A DNA stretch of 52,837 nt, from NCBI GenBank assembly GCA_963803145.1, contig CAWDLW010000034.1, forward strand, positions 1 to 52,837, read 5' to 3'. A program made the position numbers and the translations under genes. This document shows, piece after piece, positions 17,721 to 28,336 of the stretch (positions are counted from its first letter, which is position 1; every line of letters starts with the position of its first letter). The notes beneath the pieces are model-generated. The model saw only the letters and a program-made list of their open reading frames with translations. It had not been told where the DNA came from and did no database searches. Source of the DNA: Methanotrichaceae archaeon (lineage in GTDB: Archaea > Halobacteriota > Methanosarcinia > Methanotrichales > Methanotrichaceae).

Positions 17721-20700
17721 TTAAAGCTTCCTTCTAACAACCAGCACCGCCTGATTTGATTCAACTGAGCAGTAGCGATTGCTTACCATTGCGGTATAGC
17801 TTCCTGCATCTGTTAGAGCTGCATGAGGAATGTGATAGATGGTAGACGTAGCGCCTAGGATACTCTTGCCGTCCTTCTTCCACTGGTAGGTTAGATCAGT
17901 GCCTTGAGCTCTCACTAAAAAGTTTACAGATGCGCCCTCTATAACTTTCCTGCATGAAGGTTGAGATAAAATTATAGGAGGCGAGCTGATAGTCAGGGTG
18001 GCCTCACGGGATATAGTTGAACCGCATGCAGAGCCGATGATCTGAACTCTGTATCTGCCTGCATCAGATGCTGCTATGGCAATCCAGTTGAGAATCGATG
18101 AAGTCTTGCCTGCAAGATTATTCCAGTTTGTGCCATCAAACCTTTGCCATTGATAGCTGCCAGCTCCAGTTGCAGTTACGCTAAGGCTTGCTGGCAAACC
18201 TATGCAGGCAGAGGCATCTGCAGGCTGAGCTGTTATTACTGGGCCAGCATCGACTGTAAGCGCTGCCTGGTTTGATGTTGCGGATCCGCATCCACCTGTT
18301 ACAACGATGCTATAGCTTCCCACATCTCCTGAAGCGACTGGATTTATTGAGAGCGAGCTGGTCTTTGCTCCGCTGATATGTCCTGCCTCGTCCTTTAGAT
18401 CGATTCCATTCTTCTTCCACTGATAGCTGAAAGGCCCTATTCCTGAGACTGCTACGCTAAATGTGACTGATCCGCCTAAACATGCAGATTGGGGCGATGG
18501 ATCTATTGTTGAGGTGCTCTCTAACAGATCTAGAGATGCAGTATTGGATGTTGCAGATCCGCAGGCTCCTGTTACAGCTATACTATAGCTTCCCGCATCT
18601 CCTGAAGCGACTGGATTTATTGAGAGCGAGCTGGTCTTTGCTCCGCTGATATGACCAGGCACATCCTGTAGATCGATTCCATTCTTCTTCCACTGATAGC
18701 TAATCGGTCCTGTACCTGAAGCTTTTATGCTGAATGTTGCAGCATTCCCTGCGCAAATGGTCACATCATTCGGCTGGCAGATGACCTCCGGAGTCGAGTT
18801 GACAGTAAGATTGGCCCAACGGGATGTAACTGTTCCGCAGACATTCGTCACATCGACTGTGTAAATGCCTGCATCTCCAGATGAGACTGGGTTTATCGAT
18901 AGAGCTGGGCTGGTTTTTCCCTCTAGGGTTATATTGTTCTTCTTCCACTGATAACTGAGCGGTCCTGTGCCTGAAGCCATTACGCTGAATGTAGCAGAGC
19001 TGCCTGGACAACAGGTTATATCGGCTGGCTGAGCAGTGATTTGAGGAGGTGAGTTAACCGTCAGAGTGGCCTCGCTGGATGTAACTGTGCCGTAGGGATT
19101 AGTGACCTCGACTTTATAGTTCCCGGCATCATTTGATGATACTGAGGCAATAGCGAACCATTGCAAAGTTGCTCCTGGGATAGCCGTATCCCCCTTCTTC
19201 CATTGATAGCTTAGAGGTGCAATGCCTGATGCAGCAATTGTGAACAAGGCAGTCCTTCCCAGACATATACTCATGTCGGACGGCTGAGTGATAATATCTG
19301 GAGGCGATGATATTTTGGATATAAATGTATCTGGGCTTCCTTTATAAGCTGTCTGATATGCATTCTGAGTGGTCGGGAAGTCGATCGAGTATGTGCATCC
19401 AGTAACATAAGCGTTTCTCTGGCCATCTACGGCAATGCCATAGCCATAATCAGTACCACTACCTCCGAGATAAGTAGAATAGACAAGATCCCTCCCTGCC
19501 GAGTTGAGCTTGGTGACAAAAGCATCATCGGGTCCATTAATAGCTGTTTGATATGCATTCTTAGTCGGGAAGCCGATTGATTGAGTTTCTCCTGTAACGT
19601 AGGCATTTCCTTGACCATCTACGGCAATGCCATAGCCAATATCCGAATCGCTACCGCCCAGATAAGTTGAGTAGACAAGCGCACTACCTTCCGGGCTGAG
19701 CTTGGTGACAAAAGCGTCGTAGTATCCTCCAGAAGTTGGTTGATATGCATTCTGAGCCGGGAAGTCTGTCGAATCCGTGAGTCCGGCAACATAAGCGTTT
19801 CCTTGGCTATCTACGGCAATGCCATAGCCAATATCCAAACCGCTACCGCCCAGATAAGTCGAGTGGACAAGTGCATTACCTTCCGGGCTGAGCTTGGTGA
19901 TAAAAGCATCAAAGTTTCCTTTATTAACTGTCTGAAATGCATTCTGAGTCGGGAAGTTGATCGAGGATGTGCGTCCAGTAACATAAGCGTTTCCTTGGCC
20001 ATCTACGGCAATGCCTAAGCCCTCATCACGACTGCTACCGCCCAGATAAGTTGAATAGACAGGCGCATTACCTTCTGGGCTGAGCTTGGTGACAAAAGCA
20101 TCGGCGTTTCCTCCAAAAGTTGGTTGACATGCATTCTTAGTCGGGAAGTCTGTCGAATCCGTGAGTCCGGCAACATAAGCGTTTCCTTGGCCATCTACGG
20201 CAATGCCTAAGCCCTCATCGCCATTGCTGCCGCCCAGATAAGTCGAGTAGACAAGCGCATTACCTTCCGGGCTGAGCTTGGTGACAAAAGCATCAAAGGT
20301 TCCATTAATAGCTGTATAATATGCATTCTTAGTCGGGAAGTCTGTCGAATCCGTGAGTCCGGCAACATAAGCGTTTCCTTGGCCATCTACGGCAATGCCT
20401 AAGCCCTCATCGCCATTGCTGCCGCCCAGATAAGTCGAGTAGACAAGCGCATTACCTTCCGGGCTGAGCTTGGTGACAAAAGCATCAAAGGTTCCATTAA
20501 TAGCTGTATAATATGCATTCTTAGTCGGGAAGTCTGTCGAATCCGTGAGTCCGGCAACATAAGCGTTTCCTTGGCTATCTACGGCAATGCCTAAGCCCTC
20601 ATCGCCACTGCTGCCGCCCAGATAAGTCGAGTAGACAAGCGCATTACCTTCCGGGCTGAGCTTGGTGACAAAGGCGTCGTAGTCTCCTCCAAAAGTTGTG

Positions 20701-21608
20701 TTATATGCACTGGTGGTAGTCGGGAAGTCATTCGAAGACGTACTTCCAGTAACATAAGCGTTTCCACTGGCATCTATGGCAATGCTGCCGCCATGGTCTC
20801 CATCGCGACTGCTTCCACCCAGATAGGTGGAATACACCAGGCAGGGATCTATCATTAGTGGCAGGCTCCTGTTATAATCCTTAACCTCAAATCCTATCCT
20901 ATTCTCATCGATCTTCCGATATTCTCCCTCAACATCCACCCTGCGACCATCGATATCCTGGTAGCAGATAGGCGCAGAATCGGTGATATAGCCTGCTTCT
21001 GTCCTGATCAGCAGCGATCCATTATTGTTGAGGCTGATGTTATCCTGGCCGTTGTAGAGGAACACAATTGCTGCAGGATCAGCTCCTGGATCGAGAACCA
21101 ACTCGTGCTTGAGATTGCCCTCAGTGCCCTTGAAGACCAGATCAATTCCGGGATAGATGCCCTGGTATCTAACAGAGGCGTATATCGGAATATCTGTGAG
21201 CCATTGGGAAGAATTATTGCCTGTGAAGAAGTTCGCTTTGCCTGGAAGAGGTTCTTCGCCGACCAGCCTCTCTGGGTTTGCGCCTTCGAAGCTCATTCTT
21301 ACGTTAGAAGAGTTATTCTTCGAAACAAGCGCAAACAAAACTTCGGAAGGCGTGAAGTAAATGGTCGCCTGAGAGGCTTTGACCATGAACTTTGCCTCGT
21401 TTGAAGTCGGCCCTCTGTTTTCAATAAAGCTTATGGGCAGCTTCATCATAGCGGATCTGACCGTTCCGTTATCGGTCGGTAAGCCGTTTATATTGTTTGA
21501 TCCAGAGCTATTTATCAAATCAGCAGACCCGAAAGAATAGCCTGACTGAGCAGTCCCCACGAACATGCTTGCAAAAATAAGCAAGACCCAGAGCGCCTTT
21601 CTCTTCAT
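17721..21608 (-). CDS. Secreted cell-surface protein: SBBP beta-propeller repeats plus six Ig-like domains
   Basis: Signal peptide; FIENRG N-domain; 8 repeats of YSTYLGG...DAFVTKL; six YQW(K/Q) Ig domains. Confidence 0.9.
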   Translation of the reverse strand: MKRKALWVLLIFASMFVGTAQSGYSFGSADLINSSGSNNINGLPTDNGTVRSAMMKLPISFIENRGPTSNEAKFMVKASQATIYFTPSEVLFALVSKNNSSNVRMSFEGANPERLVGEEPLPGKANFFTGNNSSQWLTDIPIYASVRYQGIYPGIDLVFKGTEGNLKHELVLDPGADPAAIVFLYNGQDNISLNNNGSLLIRTEAGYITDSAPICYQDIDGRRVDVEGEYRKIDENRIGFEVKDYNRSLPLMIDPCLVYSTYLGGSSRDGDHGGSIAIDASGNAYVTGSTSSNDFPTTTSAYNTTFGGDYDAFVTKLSPEGNALVYSTYLGGSSGDEGLGIAVDSQGNAYVAGLTDSTDFPTKNAYYTAINGTFDAFVTKLSPEGNALVYSTYLGGSNGDEGLGIAVDGQGNAYVAGLTDSTDFPTKNAYYTAINGTFDAFVTKLSPEGNALVYSTYLGGSNGDEGLGIAVDGQGNAYVAGLTDSTDFPTKNACQPTFGGNADAFVTKLSPEGNAPVYSTYLGGSSRDEGLGIAVDGQGNAYVTGRTSSINFPTQNAFQTVNKGNFDAFITKLSPEGNALVHSTYLGGSGLDIGYGIAVDSQGNAYVAGLTDSTDFPAQNAYQPTSGGYYDAFVTKLSPEGSALVYSTYLGGSDSDIGYGIAVDGQGNAYVTGETQSIGFPTKNAYQTAINGPDDAFVTKLNSAGRDLVYSTYLGGSGTDYGYGIAVDGQRNAYVTGCTYSIDFPTTQNAYQTAYKGSPDTFISKISSPPDIITQPSDMSICLGRTALFTIAASGIAPLSYQWKKGDTAIPGATLQWFAIASVSSNDAGNYKVEVTNPYGTVTSSEATLTVNSPPQITAQPADITCCPGSSATFSVMASGTGPLSYQWKKNNITLEGKTSPALSINPVSSGDAGIYTVDVTNVCGTVTSRWANLTVNSTPEVICQPNDVTICAGNAATFSIKASGTGPISYQWKKNGIDLQDVPGHISGAKTSSLSINPVASGDAGSYSIAVTGACGSATSNTASLDLLESTSTIDPSPQSACLGGSVTFSVAVSGIGPFSYQWKKNGIDLKDEAGHISGAKTSSLSINPVASGDVGSYSIVVTGGCGSATSNQAALTVDAGPVITAQPADASACIGLPASLSVTATGAGSYQWQRFDGTNWNNLAGKTSSILNWIAIAASDAGRYRVQIIGSACGSTISREATLTISSPPIILSQPSCRKVIEGASVNFLVRAQGTDLTYQWKKDGKSILGATSTIYHIPHAALTDAGSYTAMVSNRYCSVESNQAVLVVRRKL
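19310..20840 (-). repeat. 192-bp tandem SBBP-coding repeats
   Basis: CAATGCCTAAGCCCTCATC at 20009, 20201, 20393, 20585. Confidence 0.9.
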
Positions 21609-22015
21609 TTCCTCACTTCCATCAGCTGATAATGCTGCTGATTTAGGATCAGTAACTAAAGTAGGTGCTATCTATATTTAAATTTTTCTAGAGTTAAATT
21701 TTTGGGAGCTGAATGCAGGCTAGCACAATATTCAGCGGCTTACAACAAGAGATCGCGGTTATCTTTGGCCTTGAAGGAATAATACCACATACTTTTTCCA
21801 AATCATCAATGCGTAAATAAATTACCGGACAGTTATACTTTGGGATTATTCCTGAATAGAATCGGATATAATAAAGGTTGAGGGCTTTAGGAAAAAAGCA
21901 GGGCCAATCCCCGCCAATTTATTTGCAGGATACAGCCCGTACCTATTACTTTCGCTCTGCATACGTTGTCTATATGGCTTATGAAGTCTACGGCTATAGA
22001 GCAGTGAAGTGATAT

Positions 22016-22156
22016 TTGCTGAAAGTGCTTCGGTATAGGATCTATCCTACAAAGTCTCAAAGATCCAAGATGTTCAATACTCTGGAGCTTTGCAGATGGA
22101 CTTACAACAAAACACTGGCTATCCGAAAGAACTCCTATGAAGAGGGAAGCAAATAA
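22016..22156 (+). pseudogene. tnpB: TnpB (IS200/IS605) N-terminal fragment
   Basis: MLKVLRYRIYPTKSQRSKMFNTLELCRWTYNKTLAIRK = HTH_OrfB_IS605 pattern; degenerate hairpin at ~21904-21939. Confidence 0.75.
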
Positions 22157-22164
22157 AATCAAAT

Positions 22165-22478
22165 GGCAGGCATGCCAACAGTTGCCAACAGCGCCACATG
22201 CCAGTTAATCCGATCGCATCCTCCTCCCCTAACACCTGCAAGCGACAGTTACCCGCAGTAAGTCTGCTCCCTTCCGGGCCTGGACCGATTCCTGCAATTA
22301 TGGCCGTGCAGATCTGCCCTCAGGCAGACCCGCGGGCCGGTGCTATCCCTACAGGACGGAGAATCATTGTCTGCAACTGGACTGAGCACACAACGCTCAG
22401 AGTCTTCCGTCAGCTAAGCCTCCCGCTTATCGACGATTTCGGGTTACAGGTGACGCCGAACCACCCAGACTGCCCGCC
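22165..22478 (-). ncRNA. ffs: Archaeal SRP (7S) RNA
   Basis: Minus strand has the Alu CCUGUAACCCG, helix-8 CAGGCCCGGAAGGGAGCAG, and paired ends GGCGGGCA/UGCCUGCC; ~314 nt. Confidence 0.92.
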
Positions 22479-22536
22479 ATCTTTAACATTGAGTTCGATA
22501 GCAATAAATCTAACGGGAAACGTGGGAGCAAATTTT

Positions 22537-22791
22537 ATGGAAGAGGATATAGCAACCAACATAGGCTTCGTAATGGGCAACACGCAACGTGAGCGAGTTA
22601 TGCAGGTCCTCGGATCGAAGGGGAGGATGACGCCCGAGAAGATTGCAAAATTTGAACATTTTCCACTTCAGGGCGTAAAGAAAGTTCTTGAGGATCTGGC
22701 CCAGAGGCAGATGGTATCTGAAAAGGATGGAAGCTGGGGCTTGACCGAATTTGGCTCGGAGATCGAAAAGGAGATGAAGAAAAGAGCCTGA
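22537..22791 (+). CDS. Small winged-helix protein
   Basis: MEEDIATNIGFV...WGLTEFG; start after GGAG; the longer ORF overlaps SRP RNA. Confidence 0.75.
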   Translation: MEEDIATNIGFVMGNTQRERVMQVLGSKGRMTPEKIAKFEHFPLQGVKKVLEDLAQRQMVSEKDGSWGLTEFGSEIEKEMKKRA

Positions 22792-22873
22792 TAAAAACGC
22801 CTAATAAAAGAATTTGGTAATAGACCACTGATATAGGTGTATAAAAATAGAGACATGAAATCTGTGAGATCTA

Positions 22874-23380
22874 ATGGACCTATTTGAAGCTATAAAAGGC
22901 CGCAAAAGCATTAGGAGCTTTCTTGATCGGGACGTTGAAGATGAGGTGCTTAGAAGAGTCCTTGATGCAGGAAGGCTAGCGCCTTCTGCCAGAAACCTCC
23001 AGGACTGGAGGTTCGTGGTTGTAAGAGATAAGGAGACACGCCAAAGGCTCGCAGAGGCCGCCCGCAACCAGCCGTTTATTGCTCAGGCGCCCGTTGTAAT
23101 CGCTGCATGCGGCACATCGGATTATATTATGACCTGCGGCCAGCCTTCCTACACAATAGATGTCTCCATAGCTTTAGACCATATAACTCTAGCTGCATTC
23201 AGCTTGGGGCTGGGAACATGCTGGATCGGTGCATTCTACGAGGATAAGGTCAAGGAGATACTGGGAATACCTGCGGACATCAGAGTAATCGCGCTGCTAC
23301 CCTTGGGCTACCCTGCAGAGCAGCCCTCAGCTAGGCAGCGCAAGCCACTCAACGACATTGTCGCCTACGAGCATTGGTAG
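22874..23380 (+). CDS. Nitroreductase family protein
   Basis: RKSIRSF, LAPSARN, GLGTCWIG. Confidence 0.93.
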   Translation: MDLFEAIKGRKSIRSFLDRDVEDEVLRRVLDAGRLAPSARNLQDWRFVVVRDKETRQRLAEAARNQPFIAQAPVVIAACGTSDYIMTCGQPSYTIDVSIALDHITLAAFSLGLGTCWIGAFYEDKVKEILGIPADIRVIALLPLGYPAEQPSARQRKPLNDIVAYEHW

Positions 23381-23389
23381 CAGCGATAT

Positions 23390-24382
23390 TCAGGAGCTAA
23401 GGAGATAATCCAGCTTCTCAACGCATCTCCAAGTCAGTATGAGCTGAGCAACTCCTATTGAATTTACGTATTCCTGGCTTCGATCGCTTATGCTCGCGCG
23501 GGTTCCGAGGCTATCGCCAAGCTTCCTCTCCAGCTCCTCGATCATCGATTGGTGAATCTCACCATCGATGGTCATGATGCCTACTTTTTTGCCATAGTAG
23601 TCATCGCGCTCAAACTGGAGCGAGAACTCGTGCTCCGATGACATCAGTATTTTGCTCAGATTTATTGTCAGGTCGACCTCAGATAAGGGCAGATCAAGCA
23701 TCTGCTGTATCAGTCTTACTGAGTATAGTTCCAGTCTAGGCTCCGCCATGAATAGTGGAGGATTGAGCCTTGAATCCTGTATCTTCACAACAATCTCGGC
23801 GTAGATCTTCTGGATATCGACATAAAGCTTGTAATCAGGCTCGCGCTGAAGTATTTCTTTCATTACTTGCTCGCGATCATAGCCGCGATCACCCACATCC
23901 CTGCGCATCTTCCAGAGCCGTTTTACCTGTCTTGATGGATCTACGAATATTTTGAAATCTATGAGATTTCGAAGCCGCTCTGTATAGAATGGATGCAATC
24001 CTTCTATTATAATCACAGGCGCTGGGCCAAATGGAACTGTGCCCTTAATTCGGCCGCTGCTATGATCATATACAGGCTTATCTATGCCCTCGCCCTTTCG
24101 TAGCGCCTCTAAGTGATCTGCCAGGAGGTCAAGGTAATTTGCTGCAGGGTTTAGAGGCGTTATACCCAGTTCCTTGCGCTGCTGTCTGTCAAGGCTATGG
24201 TAATCATCCATGGAGAATGATGCAACCATCTCCTCCCCAAGGATCCTCTTTATGCCGCTTGATAGCGTTGTCTTTCCAGATCCGCTATCCCCTGCTACAC
24301 CGAAGACAAAAACTCTGCCTGACTCAAGTATTCTATCCATGAGCGATTTCATAATTACCTGCGGTACCTGTGAAGCATCCAA
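23390..24382 (-). CDS. prk: Phosphoribulokinase (uridine kinase/PRK family)
   Basis: GVAGDSGSGKTT, DDYHSLDR, EGLHPFY, RRDVGDRGY. Confidence 0.85.
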   Translation of the reverse strand: MDASQVPQVIMKSLMDRILESGRVFVFGVAGDSGSGKTTLSSGIKRILGEEMVASFSMDDYHSLDRQQRKELGITPLNPAANYLDLLADHLEALRKGEGIDKPVYDHSSGRIKGTVPFGPAPVIIIEGLHPFYTERLRNLIDFKIFVDPSRQVKRLWKMRRDVGDRGYDREQVMKEILQREPDYKLYVDIQKIYAEIVVKIQDSRLNPPLFMAEPRLELYSVRLIQQMLDLPLSEVDLTINLSKILMSSEHEFSLQFERDDYYGKKVGIMTIDGEIHQSMIEELERKLGDSLGTRASISDRSQEYVNSIGVAQLILTWRCVEKLDYLLSS

Positions 24383-24587
24383 CAGATGAAGTTATTCCCC
24401 CTCGGCTTGCATCCCCTAATGGTTAATGCGATTGCTGGATACTCTCTATAAATGAAAATTTAGGCTGAATATATGATCAAAAGAGATCGAAAGTCCAATT
24501 GCTATTTAGTTAAGAACGAGCCCTCTGCAGAATAATTCAAATGACTTTTCAAATGACAATAAGTTGACTGTGAGATCGGCTTAAATC

Positions 24588-25517
24588 TTAGTGAGCTTTC
24601 TGCTTCTCGATCATTAGATCCTCGAACTCATAGGGATCGCCGATTGACTCAAGCTCGCGCTTCTCAATGATTGCAGTCTCATCGATCCGCTCTATCTTCG
24701 ACTCACCTTCAACTATAACTGCCGAACGAGTTCCTGCCACTGAGGAGAGACTGCTCATGAGGCGTGCCTTCTTGAGCATGCTCTGCGTAAACTTGCTTAC
24801 TCCCATAAGAACTACAAGGTCTTCATCCCTGGTTATGGCATTGAAGGGTGCTTGAGCTGCGAGGACTACGTTGAAGCCGATCTTGGAAAGCAGTTTGAGC
24901 ACATTATCTGTAATCTGCTCAGGTTGGTCATCGATGCCTTCTGATTGGAAAAGTTCTACAGGACGGATAAGCTCCTGCTTGAATATCTCCTCAAGCATGA
25001 TCGCGATATCAACAGAGGTATCCATATTCTCTGTTTCATACTTTGATATTGTACGTCTGGATACACCCAGCTCAGATGCTAGCGCGCCCAAAGATATTCC
25101 CTGATCAAGCCTGAGCTGTCTTATCTTTGCTCCATCTATTCGGACGTAAAGGCCGCCGTGGGCTGCGTAGACCAATGGCAATAATCCATCAAGAAGGCAG
25201 TCTGCAAGCGTAGGCAGGCTTACCGTAGGTATTCCATATCGGAAGTAAACCGCTCCGCGCTCGAGGTTCTGATCCCGTGTCTTCTCGCCCACTAGGAGGG
25301 GTCGTCCCAGAAGGTGATGTGCGAGGCGACGTACCTCTAATGCAGTCCTCTCGTTTAGGCCATCGATGTTGGAGAGGATCTTGAGCAAGAGGAATAGCTC
25401 TCCTTTTCTAGCAGCTAAATCGAAGCTCCTGGGCCGGAGGTAGCAACGGTCGGAGATGGCGAATCCCGCCTTTTTCAGAACCTCCGCCACATCCGTGGCG
25501 AGAAGATCCTTATCCAT
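24588..25517 (-). CDS. Archaeal HTH transcriptional regulator (COG1395-like)
   Basis: PRSFDLAAR, GGLYV, LGVSRRTISKYE; divergent from tiaS. Confidence 0.88.
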   Translation of the reverse strand: MDKDLLATDVAEVLKKAGFAISDRCYLRPRSFDLAARKGELFLLLKILSNIDGLNERTALEVRRLAHHLLGRPLLVGEKTRDQNLERGAVYFRYGIPTVSLPTLADCLLDGLLPLVYAAHGGLYVRIDGAKIRQLRLDQGISLGALASELGVSRRTISKYETENMDTSVDIAIMLEEIFKQELIRPVELFQSEGIDDQPEQITDNVLKLLSKIGFNVVLAAQAPFNAITRDEDLVVLMGVSKFTQSMLKKARLMSSLSSVAGTRSAVIVEGESKIERIDETAIIEKRELESIGDPYEFEDLMIEKQKAH

Positions 25518-25556
25518 TATTATATATCTTTATCTGACCGCTATTTAAGGTTGACC

Positions 25557-26801
25557 ATGTTTATAGGAATAGATGATACCGATTCTGAGAAAGGCCTGTG
25601 CACCACATATCTTGCGGCAGTACTCATGGATAGGCTTCGAGGCCTAGGAACGCTAACGGGCTTGCCGAAATTAATACGTCTGAACCCTTGCGTCCAGTAC
25701 AAAACCCGTGGCAACGCCGCCATCGCATTCGAGATTGATACAGAAAAGCCCGAGGAGGTCAAAGATCTTGCACTGAGGACAGTGCTCGAGTTTTCCGACC
25801 TCTCAGGAACAAATACCAATCCAGGATTAATTGCTATCGATAGTGTTTCTGAAGATTCAAGGCGCTTTTATAAGAGGGCTGTGACCGAGATCCTAGAGAT
25901 CCAAGAGGCGCGAGAGATTTTGGATTCTGAGGGGATATGGTATCGCGGCCTCAAGAAGGGACGAGGGCTGATTGGTGCATTGGCTGCCATTGGCGCCGAC
26001 CTTGAAGATCACACCTATGAGCTTGTAGCTTATAGAGAGCGCAGGCGCTGGGGTACGCCGAGACAGATTGACTCCGACTCTGTATGGAGGGCAGATGCAC
26101 TGACGTACCCAAGGACCTGGGACACTGTCGATTATCATAATAACCGAATCGTTTTTGCGCCTCATTCAGGAGACCCAGTTCTCTTCGGCATACGTGGGCG
26201 AGATATCGATGCAATAGAGCTTGCCTTTCAGAATATCAAATCTGAGCCCTGTGAGCATAGGGTTCTTTACATAACCAATCAAGGCACCGATGCCCATATT
26301 CAACCGGGCGAGATCTCTCATATCAATGACAACCAAAGCTATCATATACGAGGCCGGGTGTCCTCAACGCCCAAGGCCATCAATGGGGGCCATCTCTTCT
26401 TCAACCTTGAAAATGGAAGTGCAATAAACTGTGCAGCTTTCGAGCCTACGAAAAACTTCAGATCAATCATCAAACAACTGATTCCGGGAGATGAGGTTGA
26501 GGTTTATGGAGCTGTGCGAGATGGAACACTCAACCTGGAGAAGTTGAATATCATCAACCTTGCAGAGCAGGAAGTTCTTATCACTCCCCATTGCCCATCA
26601 TGCGGCAGACGAATGGAATCATCAGGAAAAGGCCAAGGATATAGATGCAGACGCTGCAAAACAAAGGCTGAGGGCTGCGAGCATATGCCACTATCGCGCG
26701 AACTGGGGACCGGCTTTTATGAGGTGCCGCCCTGCGCCCGCAGGCATCTGGCGAAGCCTCTGGTGAGAATGGCTGGCGAGAATGTGCACCCCAGCAGGTG
26801 A
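25557..26801 (+). CDS. tiaS: tRNA(Ile2) agmatinylcytidine synthase
   Basis: IGIDDTDS..GLCTT, KTRGN, Zn ribbon, RRHLAKP. Confidence 0.95.
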   Translation: MFIGIDDTDSEKGLCTTYLAAVLMDRLRGLGTLTGLPKLIRLNPCVQYKTRGNAAIAFEIDTEKPEEVKDLALRTVLEFSDLSGTNTNPGLIAIDSVSEDSRRFYKRAVTEILEIQEAREILDSEGIWYRGLKKGRGLIGALAAIGADLEDHTYELVAYRERRRWGTPRQIDSDSVWRADALTYPRTWDTVDYHNNRIVFAPHSGDPVLFGIRGRDIDAIELAFQNIKSEPCEHRVLYITNQGTDAHIQPGEISHINDNQSYHIRGRVSSTPKAINGGHLFFNLENGSAINCAAFEPTKNFRSIIKQLIPGDEVEVYGAVRDGTLNLEKLNIINLAEQEVLITPHCPSCGRRMESSGKGQGYRCRRCKTKAEGCEHMPLSRELGTGFYEVPPCARRHLAKPLVRMAGENVHPSR

Positions 26802-26875
26802 TTATAACTAAAAATCCACGAATATCATTTCGAAAATAATATGGGTGGATATACCACCCGAATACTTTTTATTCG

Positions 26876-27808
26876 CTACTTGAACGCACCTTCAAGTGGC
26901 GGAATAACCTGCTTCTTCCTGGAAAGAACCTTCTCCTTGTAGATGGAGTTGTTCGAGATCTTGCCGCCAAATGCCTTCTCGAAGCCCTTTGCAGCCTTAT
27001 CGTTTCCTACGAAGAGTATATCGCTTGCCTCTTTGATCACATCAGTCAGCATGAGGACAACCATATCGAGCTTCTCAGCATCCTTCATCTTGTTCATTTC
27101 ATCAAGGATTGCAGCCCTCTTTGGTTGGATATCCTTCAGATCCATTACCTCGATCTGGCCGACGCCCGCTTTGGTGCCGGAGAAGTCGAACTTCTTGAAG
27201 TCGCCTGTGAGTATGTCCTTTGCACTCTTTGAGGAGATATCGCTCTTGGCCTTGAGCATCTCCATGCCGAACTTCATTGGATCTACGCCAGCGATCTTGG
27301 AGAGCTTTTCTACGGCTGCCTTATCGCTTGGAGTGCATGTCGGCGACTTGAAGAGGACTGTATCGCTCAGGATGGCTGCCATCATAAGGCCTGCCATTTC
27401 CTTGCTGATTTTAACGTTATTCACCTCATATAGCTTCGCGATAATTCCGCCTGTAGCGCCAACAGGCTCATTCAGGAAGTAGATGGGCTTACCTGTCTTT
27501 ATTCCTCCAATCTTATGATGGTCCACGATCTCAACTATATTCTCCTCGTTGAGCTTGTCAACAGCCTGGCCCATCTCGTTGTGATCCACAAGGATGACCT
27601 TTTTATCAGTTGCGTCTGTGAGCTTCTCAGGAGCGGGGACCTTGAAGTAGTCCAGCAGGAATTTAGTCTCGTTATTTATATCGCCTGCAGCTGCGGGAAC
27701 TGCCTCTTTCATTCCAGTTGCGTTCTTAAGGTTCGCATAGGTTATAGCGGATGTTACAGAATCTGTATCAGGGCTTTTATGCCCGACAACGTAGATCTTG
27801 TCTGCCAA
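26876..27808 (-). CDS. ppaC: Manganese-dependent inorganic pyrophosphatase (family II)
   Basis: GHKSPDTDS, VDHN, DHH, SRKKQV; TTG start 27808 after GAGGTG. Confidence 0.95.
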   Translation of the reverse strand: MADKIYVVGHKSPDTDSVTSAITYANLKNATGMKEAVPAAAGDINNETKFLLDYFKVPAPEKLTDATDKKVILVDHNEMGQAVDKLNEENIVEIVDHHKIGGIKTGKPIYFLNEPVGATGGIIAKLYEVNNVKISKEMAGLMMAAILSDTVLFKSPTCTPSDKAAVEKLSKIAGVDPMKFGMEMLKAKSDISSKSAKDILTGDFKKFDFSGTKAGVGQIEVMDLKDIQPKRAAILDEMNKMKDAEKLDMVVLMLTDVIKEASDILFVGNDKAAKGFEKAFGGKISNNSIYKEKVLSRKKQVIPPLEGAFK

Positions 27809-28336
27809 ATGAAGCACCTCAGCATTGTTAATGTGGAACTTTAACTTAAAGCTTACTAGGGGCTTGGTCTTATTGGCCGACCGCAAAATAGAGCACATAT
27901 GACGCGATAGTTTTATAAGTCCGCCCAGTAGATATTTGATGTCCCTTAAATGGACTGACATGAGCCTAAACATCTGTTTGCTGTGAGTGTCGGCTGAACT
28001 TGGGACTACAGGCCGCGTTGATAGGTCCTTATGGTAGGATATTGACAAAAGTCTACCTATGACCATGAGACAACCCAAATGCGGTACAGACGCCCGCTGC
28101 GAGGGTTACTGGGCCGACTGCGGAGTACCAGCGAATGACGTCCCGGAGTTAGTATCGGGCGATAATTTAACAGAATTTATAATTCGTGATGTAACACTGA
28201 TAGCTATTTTTGATATTTGTGTGAAGGATTTCGCAAGCATTATAGTTTGTTGTACTAGGGTTTGCAGTATTAGACTTGTAATATTATAAATTGCCCACCC
28301 GATATCTTAATCTCCTTCTTCAGTTAAGTCGCAAAC

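Noticed and set aside
22198-22536. Long N-terminal part of ORF 22198-22791
   Set aside because: Antisense to the SRP RNA; the likely start is 22537
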